A DNA stretch of 64,000 nucleotides from Cyanobacteria bacterium P01_A01_bin.123 (lineage in GTDB: Bacteria > Cyanobacteriota > Cyanobacteriia > Phormidesmidales > Phormidesmidaceae), in contig JBCBZT010000017.1 in assembly GCA_039815185.1 (NCBI GenBank), positions 32,001-96,000 of the forward strand, read 5' to 3'. A program made the translations under genes and the position numbers. Every line of letters begins with the position of its first letter. The first letter of the stretch is position 1. Positions 10,253-20,579 of this stretch are shown in pieces. A model generated the notes under the pieces. That model saw nothing but the letters and a program-made list of their open reading frames with translations, made no database searches and was not told the DNA's origin.

Positions 10253-10477
10253 ATGAGTGAGGAGACGATAATGTCTGAAATTCCAACCGGTGGCCAGATG
10301 CTTTGGAAACTTGAGGGCGACAATCGGGTATTGCACCTACGCCATAATTCGTCAGAACCCTGGCGCTATTACGAAGAGTTTCCTGATTATGCTCTGCCAG
10401 ACCCCCAAGGGTTTTCTCAGGGAATTGCGACTTTCCTGGCGCTGTTAAAGAAGGATTGGACGGCGATTAAGTCATAA
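10253..10477 (+). CDS. Small hypothetical protein
   Basis: Fills the gap and its stop abuts the ABC gene stop; protein-like composition; start could be 10271. Confidence 0.65.
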   Translation: MSEETIMSEIPTGGQMLWKLEGDNRVLHLRHNSSEPWRYYEEFPDYALPDPQGFSQGIATFLALLKKDWTAIKS

Positions 10478-12220
10478 TTAGCGCAGCACTTCTTCGAGTT
10501 TGTGCTGATCCCAAAGCACTTGATAGAGGCCAGTTTGCTCAACGAGAGTGGCATGGTTGCCAGACTGAACGACTTTGCCCTGATCCATAACCAAAATGCG
10601 ATCGGCAGTGGCGGCGGCTGACATCTGGTGGGAGATAAAGATAACGGTTTTGCGTTGTGTGCCTTCAGCCAAGTTTTTCAAGATTGCGGTGGCTGTTTGG
10701 TTGTCAACGCTGGAGAGGGCGTCGTCTAAGACCAGAATGGGGGCATCTACAACCAGCGATCGCGCTAGGGCTGTTCTTTGTCGCTGGCCCCCCGAAAGGG
10801 TAATGCCCCGTTCTCCAACAATCGTGTCGTATTGATTGGGAAATTTATCAATTTCACTGGCGATTTGAGCTTGTTTAGCCGCGTGGAAGACGGTTTGAAC
10901 CGCTTCTAACGGTTTGCCATACCGAATATTGTTTTGAATGCTGGTGCTGAACAAAAAACTGTCTTGGGGGACAAATGCGATCGCGCCCCGTAAGTCTTGT
11001 AGTGACAGGTGGGTGATGTCTTGACCGTCAATAAATAGCTGATTGGGAGCAATATCAATCAGACGAGGTAGGGCACTGGCTAGGGTCGATTTGCCTGAGC
11101 CAATGGGCCCAACGATCGCAACGGTTTCCCCGGGGTTGATGGTGAAGCTGACATCTTTAAGGGCGGGGACTGTTGAATCGGGAAAGGTGTAGGTTAAATG
11201 CCTAGCGGTGATTTGTCCCTGAACTAAGCCTAGGGGTTGTACTGCTTGCGGAGAGGCAATCTTGGGTTGTGCCATCAAAATCGCTTCTACCCGATCGATG
11301 CTGACTTCGCCACGTTGATAGGCGGTGATGGTGAATCCCAGCAGGGCCGTAGGAAAAACGAGCCGCTCCACATACAGAAGCAGGGCGACAAAGTCGCCGA
11401 CGCTGAGTTCTCCCACTGCGATCGCGCCAGAACCCACAGCCAAAATGACCAATAGGCTAATGCTCGCCAAGCCGCCAAGCAACGGAAACAGCGTTGTGCG
11501 GGTTCTAGCTAAGTTCAGATTAGCCCGCAGGAGTTGCTGATTGCGATTGCCAAAGGCTCCTCGCTCATTCGCTTCTTGAGCATAGATTTTAATCAGCGCG
11601 ATGCCGCTCATATCTTCTTGAATCAAGGCGCTGAGGTCTGAAAGCTGCTGCTGCACGGTTAACTGCTGATTCCGCAAGCGATCGCTAAAGAGCTGCACCA
11701 GAATCAACATCAGCGGGTAGACAGCTAAAGAGATCAACGTTAGCCGAGCGTTAATCGACAGCATGACCGGGAGCGTAAAAGCATAGGCAAATAGCGTATT
11801 CGCTAAACTGAGGACGGCAAATCCTAACAGCCGACGAATGTTGTCTACATCGCTAGTCGCACGACTGATCAAATCCCCTGCAGTGTTGCGAGCAAAATAG
11901 GCGGGTTCAAGCGTCAGTAGGTGCTCAAAGATTTTCTGCTTTAGGTCAAATTCAACTTGACGCCCAACCCCAAATAGCCAAATACGCGAAGCCATGCGCA
12001 TGAGCCACATGAACGAGGCCAGCAGCATGATCCAGAATCCGTACTGCAAAACCTGGCGGTAGCTGAAGGTCACTGTTAAATCATTAATCCCTTCTCGAAT
12101 CAGCAGAGGGATCGAAACGCCAACCATATTGACTAGTAACAGTGCACCAATGCCACCAGCCGCGTGACGCCAGTGTGGGCGCAAATAGCTGCCAAGTTTT
12201 TGAAGTTGCGATCGGGCCAT
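10478..12220 (-). CDS. ABC exporter, fused permease/ATP-binding (MdlA-like)
   Basis: TM domain, GPIGSGKS, LSGGQRQR, LVLDD. Confidence 0.95.
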   Translation of the reverse strand: MARSQLQKLGSYLRPHWRHAAGGIGALLLVNMVGVSIPLLIREGINDLTVTFSYRQVLQYGFWIMLLASFMWLMRMASRIWLFGVGRQVEFDLKQKIFEHLLTLEPAYFARNTAGDLISRATSDVDNIRRLLGFAVLSLANTLFAYAFTLPVMLSINARLTLISLAVYPLMLILVQLFSDRLRNQQLTVQQQLSDLSALIQEDMSGIALIKIYAQEANERGAFGNRNQQLLRANLNLARTRTTLFPLLGGLASISLLVILAVGSGAIAVGELSVGDFVALLLYVERLVFPTALLGFTITAYQRGEVSIDRVEAILMAQPKIASPQAVQPLGLVQGQITARHLTYTFPDSTVPALKDVSFTINPGETVAIVGPIGSGKSTLASALPRLIDIAPNQLFIDGQDITHLSLQDLRGAIAFVPQDSFLFSTSIQNNIRYGKPLEAVQTVFHAAKQAQIASEIDKFPNQYDTIVGERGITLSGGQRQRTALARSLVVDAPILVLDDALSSVDNQTATAILKNLAEGTQRKTVIFISHQMSAAATADRILVMDQGKVVQSGNHATLVEQTGLYQVLWDQHKLEEVLR

Positions 12221-12270
12221 TAAGCTCTCAGGGGTTTGTTCGAACCAAGCTCACTGCCCTATCCTAGCGC

Positions 12271-13404
12271 CTAAATCTCCACGACCTCTTGCCAACTGAC
12301 ATTAAAGGACGGTAACCAACCGCGCAAAAAGTAGTAAATCGTCGTCAGCAACTCATCCCACCAGCGCGTTGTCAGCCGCAACCCGTCTACGCTGGGAATA
12401 ACATCTGAGAGTTGCACCAACAGGTCATTACTCCTTTGCCCACCTTGACTATAAAAATCGGTTGGTCGCGCAATCACATTCAAATCTAGCTGTTCAAAGG
12501 TTAGTGCCGTCCGGCGAATGCTGAGTGCCGGAGCCACCAACATAATCCGGTTTTCTTGAGGCGTGGGATCATCCGCGTCGGTTAAAAGGTTCTGCTCTTC
12601 TAAAGATGATTTCACTTGTTCTGCTGTAGGCCGGGCTGCCATCCCCGTATCAAGCACCCGCACCACATCATCATTTTCACTATTAGGATCGGTTTCCCTG
12701 ATGCCACCGTAAAACAGCACCTGCTTCAGCGCTTTTGTCTTATCAGCTTTTTCCTCATCGTTGCCTAGGGTAGGCCCTGCTGTTACGTACATTTGAGGGG
12801 CACTACCCCGTGCTCGCAGTTCGTTATACAAGATCGAAGAATAAATCAGTCGGGGTTCAAAACTGACGTTGAAGTCACGGCTGCTGTCTACTTGGGTTGG
12901 TGATTCGACGGTTTGCCTAACCGCGTCAACACTGTCTCCCATGACCACAACAGCGAGGACGTCATTGAGGTCTGATTGCTCTGGAATGATGGCGGGGCAA
13001 ACCTCCTCACAAAGCGTTCGCCGGGCATCAAAGGCATCTTGCACAGACCCCTCTGCCTGACCGACTAGATAGCGCCCTACCAAGGGTAGACTGGCAAAAA
13101 ACAGAATGACTAAGGCCCAAGTCACCTGAGACCAAGTAGCTTTTTGCTTAGGCCCCCCGTAAATTGAAACAGCAAGCAGGGAAACCGCGGCTCCCAGAGG
13201 ATATAGGGGAAACGACAAAATGCGCCAAATGCTTGCCACCGCTGGACTGGCAGTGTCGATAAAAGAGACTACCAGCAGGGCTAAAACGACTAATCCCCCA
13301 AACCAAGTGAGGTAGTTGCGGGGAATAAACCGCACCAAAATGAACCAAATGATTAAACCGACTGCTACCCATAGCAAGATCCGGCTTAATAATTCCAACA
13401 GCAT
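12271..13404 (-). CDS. YdcF/DUF218-like membrane protein
   Basis: N-terminal TMs; IMLVAPALSIRRTALTF...IARPTDF...IPSVDGLRLTTRWWDE. Confidence 0.7.
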   Translation of the reverse strand: MLLELLSRILLWVAVGLIIWFILVRFIPRNYLTWFGGLVVLALLVVSFIDTASPAVASIWRILSFPLYPLGAAVSLLAVSIYGGPKQKATWSQVTWALVILFFASLPLVGRYLVGQAEGSVQDAFDARRTLCEEVCPAIIPEQSDLNDVLAVVVMGDSVDAVRQTVESPTQVDSSRDFNVSFEPRLIYSSILYNELRARGSAPQMYVTAGPTLGNDEEKADKTKALKQVLFYGGIRETDPNSENDDVVRVLDTGMAARPTAEQVKSSLEEQNLLTDADDPTPQENRIMLVAPALSIRRTALTFEQLDLNVIARPTDFYSQGGQRSNDLLVQLSDVIPSVDGLRLTTRWWDELLTTIYYFLRGWLPSFNVSWQEVVEI

Positions 13405-13501
13405 GTGTAAAAGTCCTCACGTCCGCAGCTTGCATTGGCTACTCTGCGGTTTGTTTTAACACAGCTAGCTGTAAATAGTTCACGGTTAACCTGATTTCAA
13501 T

Positions 13502-13528
13502 AAAAAAGGCCGATTTCTAATCGGCCTT
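13502..13528 (-). terminator. Intrinsic terminator of the DUF1517 gene
   Basis: Minus strand: aaggccgatt-aga-aatcggcctt running into a T tract. Confidence 0.75.
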
Positions 13529-13595
13529 CAAATCAAAGTCATGGGTTGAAACGGTATCGGGGCTTGAGCGTCGGCCAGCCAGGAGAAGCATGCAG

Positions 13596-14540
13596 TTAAA
13601 CTAACCGCAGCTTGGGATACTGGGCCACGAGTTCATCAGAGGTCAGGGTTTCTCCTGATGTCTGGGGTGTCCAGAGCACTTCGACAGCCAGCAACTGTTC
13701 ACTAGAGACAGAGCCCAACTTACTGAGGGCCTGGCGCAAGTCTTGTGGATCTCGAATAGTCGGCAGGTCGAGTTTACCCTGAGTACCCACGACTAGCGTT
13801 GCGACAATGTATTCACCAGGCGCGTCTGCGACAACATCGGATGAGCCTGACAGCTTAGCTGAATCAGCAGCCTGCTTGAGTTGGCTATTGACGTTGGAAA
13901 GAGTTTCGCCGCTAAACTTGCTGCGTTCAGCGAGGGCAAATCGGTTAAAGGTTTGCTCAGCCGCAACAAGTCGGGTTTGCTCAGCTTCGGCAGCGGCGTA
14001 GGCCCAGTATTCAGGATGGCGTAGTAGGGAAAGGGTAGATTCTTGTAATACCTGGGCTAATCCAGCGCTGGAGCCTGTATCGGCGTTTTGGGCCATGCGG
14101 TTAAGGTCATCTTGTAGGTAACGAGCATCGGCCAGTAAACCCACTTGCAACCGCGCTACAGAGACTGTAGGGTTGCTAATCGCTTCGTAGTCGCCGTCTT
14201 CACTGGCATTACGAAAGCTGCGGACTAAAAAGTTGGCGATCGCGATAAAAATGAAAATTGTGAATAGCCCACCGAAACCACCGCCCATACCAAAGATGGG
14301 AAACAGAAACGGAAAGCCAAAGCCACCGCCAGGATATCCCCCGCGTGACGGGCCTCGATAAGTACGGCTGGGGGGGGCGTAAGGACGACTTGGAGCCCGG
14401 AAGCTACCGCCGCCAATGCGTCCACCTGCTCGTGCTGCAAGGGCTGAATCCGCGTGACCCAACATCAGGGTAAAGATTAGGCCAACGACAAGAAGGGACT
14501 TAAGGATTTTTTGCAGGGGTTTCAAAATCTGTTTTGGCAT
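13596..14540 (-). CDS. DUF1517 family protein (FLAP1-like)
   Basis: GGRIGGGSFRAPS, Gly-rich segment, LQVGLLA, LLRHPEYW, AVEVLWTPQ. Confidence 0.9.
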   Translation of the reverse strand: MPKQILKPLQKILKSLLVVGLIFTLMLGHADSALAARAGGRIGGGSFRAPSRPYAPPSRTYRGPSRGGYPGGGFGFPFLFPIFGMGGGFGGLFTIFIFIAIANFLVRSFRNASEDGDYEAISNPTVSVARLQVGLLADARYLQDDLNRMAQNADTGSSAGLAQVLQESTLSLLRHPEYWAYAAAEAEQTRLVAAEQTFNRFALAERSKFSGETLSNVNSQLKQAADSAKLSGSSDVVADAPGEYIVATLVVGTQGKLDLPTIRDPQDLRQALSKLGSVSSEQLLAVEVLWTPQTSGETLTSDELVAQYPKLRLV

Positions 14541-14751
14541 AGCAGCTTTTTAGAACGAGTTAGGATTCACAAAAGCCAGTTTTTAGAAGGATTACAGGCA
14601 CTTAGCGCAAGCGCTGGCCGGTCAGTCCTACCATGTAATACCCATCAAACGCTGACTTTCTTTTAATCTACCGTGTCTTTCCTGAGGAGACGAGGCGAAT
14701 AGGAGAGACAGACGGGTGGATAACCGTCCCCCACCCTCCTGATCATCTGCA

Positions 14752-15042
14752 CTAATCGAGAGCGACGCTCTCCTCGTGCTTCTCTTCCAGTTGTTGACAA
14801 AGGTTAATAAAATACCGCGCGGACTCAGCGGATTCAGCAGTCGAGAATCCTTTGAACTGGTGAACCTGATGGCTGCGCTCGCGGCGGTTAAACTCACTCA
14901 GCATGACTTCGATGGGATGGGTTTCAGTATCAGGAGTGACGACGCTGATCACCAGCGTTACGTTGTAAACGCTCTCGTCCAAACACAAGCTCCTGATCAA
15001 AAACGCCCTCGGAAGGACCCAACTGGTGATTTCCGAAGGCAT
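14752..15042 (-). CDS. Possible small hypothetical protein
   Basis: 96-aa ATG ORF in an otherwise empty gap, same strand as both neighbours; no recognised motif. Confidence 0.4.
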   Translation of the reverse strand: MPSEITSWVLPRAFLIRSLCLDESVYNVTLVISVVTPDTETHPIEVMLSEFNRRERSHQVHQFKGFSTAESAESARYFINLCQQLEEKHEESVALD

Positions 15043-15092
15043 ATTGTTGCGTTAAGACTCTGAATTCAGAATCCAGCAAAGGATTGCCAGAG

Positions 15093-15199
15093 TTATAGCC
15101 GTAGCCACAAAGCTTTGTGCACTACGGCGAGCCAGATCGCTTGTGGACTCCGCACCCCAGCGATCCTCGGTGCATTAAGCAATCTGGCCAGCGCTATAA
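15093..15199. repeat. Structured dispersed repeat, copy 2 (MITE-like ends TTATAGC...GCTATAA)
   Basis: Core 15127-15185 matches 6384-6442; ends are 7-bp inverted repeats. Confidence 0.75.
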
Positions 15200-15261
15200 T
15201 TTCCTGAGAATCTAGGCTTCAGAACCGAAGTGTTTGACAACAACAGTCTGACCCCTGACGC

Positions 15262-16011
15262 CTAAACCTTTGCGGCTGAATGGCTAACGCTGCGGATCGA
15301 TTCCACCAAAGCCCGGACAACGGCCACCATCGCCAGGGGATTGTCAAGTTTGTTCACGGCGGAACCGACGCCGATACCAGAGGCTCCAGCGGCGATCGCC
15401 ATGGGGGCGGTTACATCCGATAGCCCAGAAGCGCACAGCACGGGCACGGAAACCGCTCGGGAAATGGCGTGGGCAGCGGCTAGGGTTGGGGCCGCCTTTT
15501 CGATTAACCCCAGGGTACCGCCATGGGTAGGTTGGCTACTGGTGCCCCCTTCGGTTTGAATCAAGTCAGCACCCGCTTCAACCAACTGCTCGGCTAAGGC
15601 AACCTGCTCGTCTAAGGCTAAGACGTGGGGCACTGTGACAGACAAGCAAATGTGGGGTAACAGTTCACGGGTGCGATGGGTTAAAGCCAACACTTCAGCG
15701 GCTTCAAATCGTCGCCCTTGGGCATAGAAAGCATCAAAGTTACCGATTTCAATTAAGTCAGCACCCGCGGCAACGGGGGCCAAGAACTTCTCTGGCTCTA
15801 CCGCAGAGACGCAAATCGGCAATGTTGTCAGGCCATGGGCTACGGAGACCAGATGAGCATCAGCCGCAATGTCAACAAAGGTTGCGCCACCCTGATCCGC
15901 TGCTTGAACGACTGCCGCCACGCGATCGCGATCGAAGTTAGTCAACCCGCTAATAATCTTGAGGGCATGTCCGGTGGCCAAAGGCCGCTCTAGCTGAGAA
16001 TGAATGGTCAT
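15262..16011 (-). CDS. ycf23: Ycf23 / DUF561 family protein
   Basis: LKIISGLTNFD, GGATFVDIAAD, IEIGNFDAFY, IQTEGGTS. Confidence 0.9.
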   Translation of the reverse strand: MTIHSQLERPLATGHALKIISGLTNFDRDRVAAVVQAADQGGATFVDIAADAHLVSVAHGLTTLPICVSAVEPEKFLAPVAAGADLIEIGNFDAFYAQGRRFEAAEVLALTHRTRELLPHICLSVTVPHVLALDEQVALAEQLVEAGADLIQTEGGTSSQPTHGGTLGLIEKAAPTLAAAHAISRAVSVPVLCASGLSDVTAPMAIAAGASGIGVGSAVNKLDNPLAMVAVVRALVESIRSVSHSAAKV

Positions 16012-16083
16012 AGTCTTTTCAGTGTGAGTGTTTGACGGAATTCACTATGTTCTCAAGCATACTGTAGTCGGTTGGGCCAATAA

Positions 16084-17289
16084 CTAAACCTTGGCAAAAT
16101 CGGCTGGGTCTTGATCCCGTCGGTGGTTCACAGGAATAGGCGGCCCTTGGCGATCGCCCACGAGCGCTGCCGTTTCTTCTAGGGCTGTCCGCAGACGTTT
16201 GGCAGCATAGATAGACATATCGCGGGGGACATTGATGCGATCGCGCAAATATCTCAACCCCACATCTGAATTCGCTGGCGGCGGACAGACTTCACCTGTC
16301 ATCATGTGGGTCAATGCACAGCGGAGTGCCTGGTCAAAGTGCTCATCATCGGCAGGATTAACGCGAATGAGATTGGCCCGGTGCTTGATTACCCGTTGCA
16401 GTGCCTCAGCACGAGTGGTTTCCGGTTCTGGATAAGCTACATCGGGCAGCTTAAACCAAGGGCCATTGTCCACTAGGCCTTGATTCAGCTTCATCTGGGG
16501 ATCGTCGTTGCCGTAACAGCCGCCCATTTGAGGCGGTAAATCGTGGGCATGGGTATGAAAGTCGCTCTGAGTCCCCCGATAGGTAGGGCGACTTTCCATC
16601 GCATCAAACCAAGCGGAAAAATGCTCATTTTCCTCTCTTAACGAATAGCCCTTGTAATAGTAAAGACTGGCATTCATTCGCTCGACATAGGGCGTAAAGA
16701 TGACATCGGCTGTGCCAAACTCCGCCAAGAAGTAGGGCCCTGGGGTTCGACCCAGTGCTTCCTCTACCTGGGCGACAACCCCGGTAAACTGGTCGCGGTT
16801 GCGCTGGTCTTCCCGGGCTGAGCGGGTGGGATAGCACAGCCACGAACACCACGCCCTAAACAGCAGTCGTTCCAACTGTCGCAGGGGAATGACCTTGGCA
16901 TCATTCATACTGTGATTCAAAGGCCCAAAAGTCTTTTCCAACGCCAGCAAAATATCATCGCTTTCGGTAATCATGCGACCGTCTAACTCAAGGGCAGGCA
17001 GCATCCCAGAGGGTACCTTACGCTTATACCAGCGTTCTTTCTGGCCGTAGCAAAACATCGTCACTTTTTCGATGCGGTAAGGAATTTGCTTTTCCTCTAG
17101 CCACAGCCACACCTTTTGACAGTAAGGACACCAGGCATGGTTATCACGATAGAGCGTCACCCGGACATCAGATTCAGCCTGACCAAATAGGCGCAATCGG
17201 GCTTGAGCGTTGGTTGGCCCGTTGACGGTATCGAGTTGGAAGTCTGTTAGGGCTTCGAGTTCTGGCCAGCTTAAGGGAGCAATGGTCAT
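16084..17289 (-). CDS. Glutathione S-transferase family protein (CPYC type)
   Basis: [32 protein letters not shown]. Confidence 0.9.
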   Translation of the reverse strand: MTIAPLSWPELEALTDFQLDTVNGPTNAQARLRLFGQAESDVRVTLYRDNHAWCPYCQKVWLWLEEKQIPYRIEKVTMFCYGQKERWYKRKVPSGMLPALELDGRMITESDDILLALEKTFGPLNHSMNDAKVIPLRQLERLLFRAWCSWLCYPTRSAREDQRNRDQFTGVVAQVEEALGRTPGPYFLAEFGTADVIFTPYVERMNASLYYYKGYSLREENEHFSAWFDAMESRPTYRGTQSDFHTHAHDLPPQMGGCYGNDDPQMKLNQGLVDNGPWFKLPDVAYPEPETTRAEALQRVIKHRANLIRVNPADDEHFDQALRCALTHMMTGEVCPPPANSDVGLRYLRDRINVPRDMSIYAAKRLRTALEETAALVGDRQGPPIPVNHRRDQDPADFAKV

Positions 17290-17370
17290 GGGTGAAAGTA
17301 AATCAGTACCTCAACACCTTTACGGTAACCTGCCGAAGACAGATGACTCATTGCATCTGTATAGCAATGC

Positions 17371-17460
17371 TCATACATCCTCTGGATTAACCTCTAATTC
17401 TCGTAAACGATTGGCCAGCTTTTCCGCCCACTGCTCAGCTCTTTCAGCGTCTGTTGTTTT
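17371..17460 (-). pseudogene. C-terminal remnant resembling the tail of Uma2-family endonucleases
   Basis: Translates ...DAERAEQWAEKLANRLRELEVNPEDV*; no ATG before an upstream in-frame stop near 17545. Confidence 0.5.
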
Positions 17461-18102
17461 GAAGTGCAAAATTGGCTGAGTTAAAAATCGGTCTGCTTGC
17501 GCGCCGGGGCGTTCTTGTTTGACAGCCCTTGAAGCTAGGAATACCTACAATCTGCTTGAAGTATCTCAAAGATCCACGCCCCAATAATCAATACAGGCAT
17601 GATCATCAATATAAATAGGCAGTAGGCCACAAGAATACAGATATCCAGCCTATTAATAGATAGGCCGGGATTAGGTACATCCAAGGCTTGTGGCCAAAAA
17701 ACAAAAACAGTTGAGATGAACATATGCATCATATAAATTTAAATACAGATAAATTTAAATACAGATTCTAATAAGCACCCTGTGCCTTTAAATCAAATGC
17801 TCTTGCTTGATCTCACAATATCTTGTCTATGATTTTCGTAGATGCACGGCAACCTTTCGTCAGTGTTAATCGTCCCTTTAATCAAATTCGGCATTACAAC
17901 GTTGTTGTATGAGCATTCTGTAAAAAGGTCGGAAAAGTCGGAAAATTAAGGATCCAAGCAATTGCGAGGAATTCTGTTTTTGATGAAGTTGGTCGAAGTT
18001 ACCAGTTTTAAAGAAATTACCAGTTTAAAGAACGAGATATCTGACGTTTAGACTAGCATTTCTGCTTGGTTTATCAAACCTGAGCAAGACCCTTTGCCTT
18101 AG

Positions 18103-20487
18103 TTATGGGCAATCAGAGACTGAGGTGAAGTTAGCAATACCAGTTTCAAATGTAAAGTTGCCTATATTCAGATTGCTAACGGTAGCCAAGCTAACAATTT
18201 GAAATATGCTGCTGTTGGGATCGAGTTCAAAGTCACTATCTGCGGCGATCGCACTCGAATTCCCTGCCAATAGAAGACACAGAGATTGACTACTGTTTTG
18301 GTCAATGTCGAAACTATCCTGGGCCGCTTGAACAACTGTATTTGATCTCAAAATTGCCGTCACCTGAGCATCATCGTCAATGTCTAGAAAAATACCATCG
18401 TCATTAACCGTTGTGATGTGATTGCCTGTCATCATCAGCATCAGTCGAGTATTGGCGTCTTCAGCATCCACATGGACGGCTTCATCATCGGTGTTTTGGA
18501 TTGTATTTTGAGTCAGGGTGGCAGTCATTTGGGAGCGATCGTCCAGGTTAAGGAAGATGCCGTCGCCGCTAGTGGTATTGATTTGATTGTTTTCGATCGT
18601 GACAGTGGCTTGGGCATCGGCTTCGGTGTCAATTTCGATCGCTTCCCCGTTTGTATTGGCGATTGCGCCGCCAATAGTCGTCAAAGTATTGTTTGAAATC
18701 GCGATCGCAGCCTCAGCACTACCGTTAACATCAATGTAAATCCCGTCATCACTACTACCCGTTGCATTGATTTGATTTTGGCTGACGCTAAGGTTGAATT
18801 GAGAAGTATCATCAGCGTCAATTTCGATACCACCACCTCCCGTCTGGGTGAAACGATTGTCCGCAATCGCGGCTGTTACCCTTGCCCCGTCGTCAGTTTG
18901 TAAATAAATGCCGTCGGCGTTATTGCCTATGGTCGCGATCGCATTATTAGCAATCGTCACTATGCTCTCAGCGGTGCCTGCCCAGCTAATTTGAATCGCC
19001 TGAGCACCATTGGGAAATGAGGTAGAGGCTCCAGTTGTGGTCAGGCTGTTGTTGAGTAGGCTAATGGAACCATCAGCACGGGTCAGGCGAATCCCCCCCG
19101 CATTGTTGCCTGACGTTGCAATCTGGTTGTATTCAAGTTGAACTGTGTCGATATCGCTGCCAAATATACCTAAATTGCCAGTCGGGGGCGCGATCGCAAA
19201 GCCTGAAAGGACTGTGTTATTCGATAGGGTAACAGTATCGCTGAGGGTTGGTAGTAAGCCATTGCCTGAACCTGGGAGTTGGACGGTGCCGAATTGAGTA
19301 TTAATCATCTGCACTGGCCCCACTGATCGCACCGCTACCCCAGCCGGAATCGTAAAGCCACTCCCTGCATGACCCGACTGGACATAAACGATATCGCCTG
19401 CGATCGCGAGTCCGACTGCATTGGCGACCGTATCACGGGGCGTTTCAGCCGCAGCATCGTGTCCGGTAGTGGTGCCATGGGTCGGATCCACGTGGCGGAA
19501 CTGATAAGCCGTTCCCGTTTCTGGGTTAATCGCAATTAAACCTGACACTGTGCGACTTTCACTGAGTACGGTTAGCCATCCACCACTGCGACGCACCAAA
19601 GGTTCCGCTGCTCGCTGCCAAACCGGTGTATCCCTCGACGAAACAGTTTGGCTAGCCTGATCAGAAACAGGGGAATTCAGCGGCAATCGGAAGGACAAAG
19701 ACACTTGTCCATTCCCTTGGAGGTCTTGTTCAATGCCAAGCCCGAGTCGCAGCTGATTGGGTAAACGATAATCCAGTCGTAATCTGCCACCCCACTGCCC
19801 ATCGACTTCAGAACCATCGACATAAAAGACGCCGGTAGAACCCCACAAACTCCCCCCGGAGTTACCAAACCTCGCCAGTTGGAATCCCGCTTCTAAATCT
19901 AGCCCGCCTAAAGCGACTTCCGACTGGATGAGTTCCTGGCTGTCAATCAATAGCTGATTGCCCACAAAGCGAGGATTCGTGGCTTGGCTCGCGCTGCTAA
20001 TCTGCGATCGCGCTTGTCCCAGAGGTAAATAGCCATTCATATGAACCTCCCAGCCACCCCCTAGGACTTCTATCCCAAAACCCAGTTGAGGAATCGTTTG
20101 GTAAGGCGTCCCCCGCAAATCAAGCCCGCCATATCCACCGACAACAACCTCACCCAAGCGTCGGCGATGTCCAAGATGGAAGGATGCGATCGCGTTGCTG
20201 GCCGAAGCTGCCGAAAGCCTGCCGTTAATGAATGTCAAAGACTGATCAGCGGTTTGCCACAGTGGTAAAAACCCTTCTAGTCCAATAAATCCAAGAGATT
20301 CGTTGCTGGGCTGTTCGTAGTTGAGATGGACTTGAGGCGGAATCGAGTAGTCTGGTGTTGGGCCTGAGGGGATAGGCTCGGATTTTCTTTCAGGCAAAGC
20401 TAAAGCACTTTGCCCCATAGATAACCCTGCGATGGCAAGCACCGCCCAAGAAATACCCCAATAGCTTTGAAATGGGGGAATAGTCAT
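18103..20487 (-). CDS. Outer-membrane protein with N-terminal inverse-autotransporter-like beta-barrel and C-terminal parallel beta-helix repeats
   Basis: Signal-like N-terminus; barrel motifs LGHRR, GGYGGLD, QLGFGIE, NGYLP; repeated xIxNNxIxxxxxDGI units. Confidence 0.75.
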   Translation of the reverse strand: MTIPPFQSYWGISWAVLAIAGLSMGQSALALPERKSEPIPSGPTPDYSIPPQVHLNYEQPSNESLGFIGLEGFLPLWQTADQSLTFINGRLSAASASNAIASFHLGHRRRLGEVVVGGYGGLDLRGTPYQTIPQLGFGIEVLGGGWEVHMNGYLPLGQARSQISSASQATNPRFVGNQLLIDSQELIQSEVALGGLDLEAGFQLARFGNSGGSLWGSTGVFYVDGSEVDGQWGGRLRLDYRLPNQLRLGLGIEQDLQGNGQVSLSFRLPLNSPVSDQASQTVSSRDTPVWQRAAEPLVRRSGGWLTVLSESRTVSGLIAINPETGTAYQFRHVDPTHGTTTGHDAAAETPRDTVANAVGLAIAGDIVYVQSGHAGSGFTIPAGVAVRSVGPVQMINTQFGTVQLPGSGNGLLPTLSDTVTLSNNTVLSGFAIAPPTGNLGIFGSDIDTVQLEYNQIATSGNNAGGIRLTRADGSISLLNNSLTTTGASTSFPNGAQAIQISWAGTAESIVTIANNAIATIGNNADGIYLQTDDGARVTAAIADNRFTQTGGGGIEIDADDTSQFNLSVSQNQINATGSSDDGIYIDVNGSAEAAIAISNNTLTTIGGAIANTNGEAIEIDTEADAQATVTIENNQINTTSGDGIFLNLDDRSQMTATLTQNTIQNTDDEAVHVDAEDANTRLMLMMTGNHITTVNDDGIFLDIDDDAQVTAILRSNTVVQAAQDSFDIDQNSSQSLCLLLAGNSSAIAADSDFELDPNSSIFQIVSLATVSNLNIGNFTFETGIANFTSVSDCP

Positions 20488-20579
20488 GATCTTTGCTCAA
20501 CACACCCTGCTGGCTTCCATGCACAGTTCTCAAGGTGCCCAGGGAATCCTGAAATTACCTACCGGAGATTACTGAGCAG

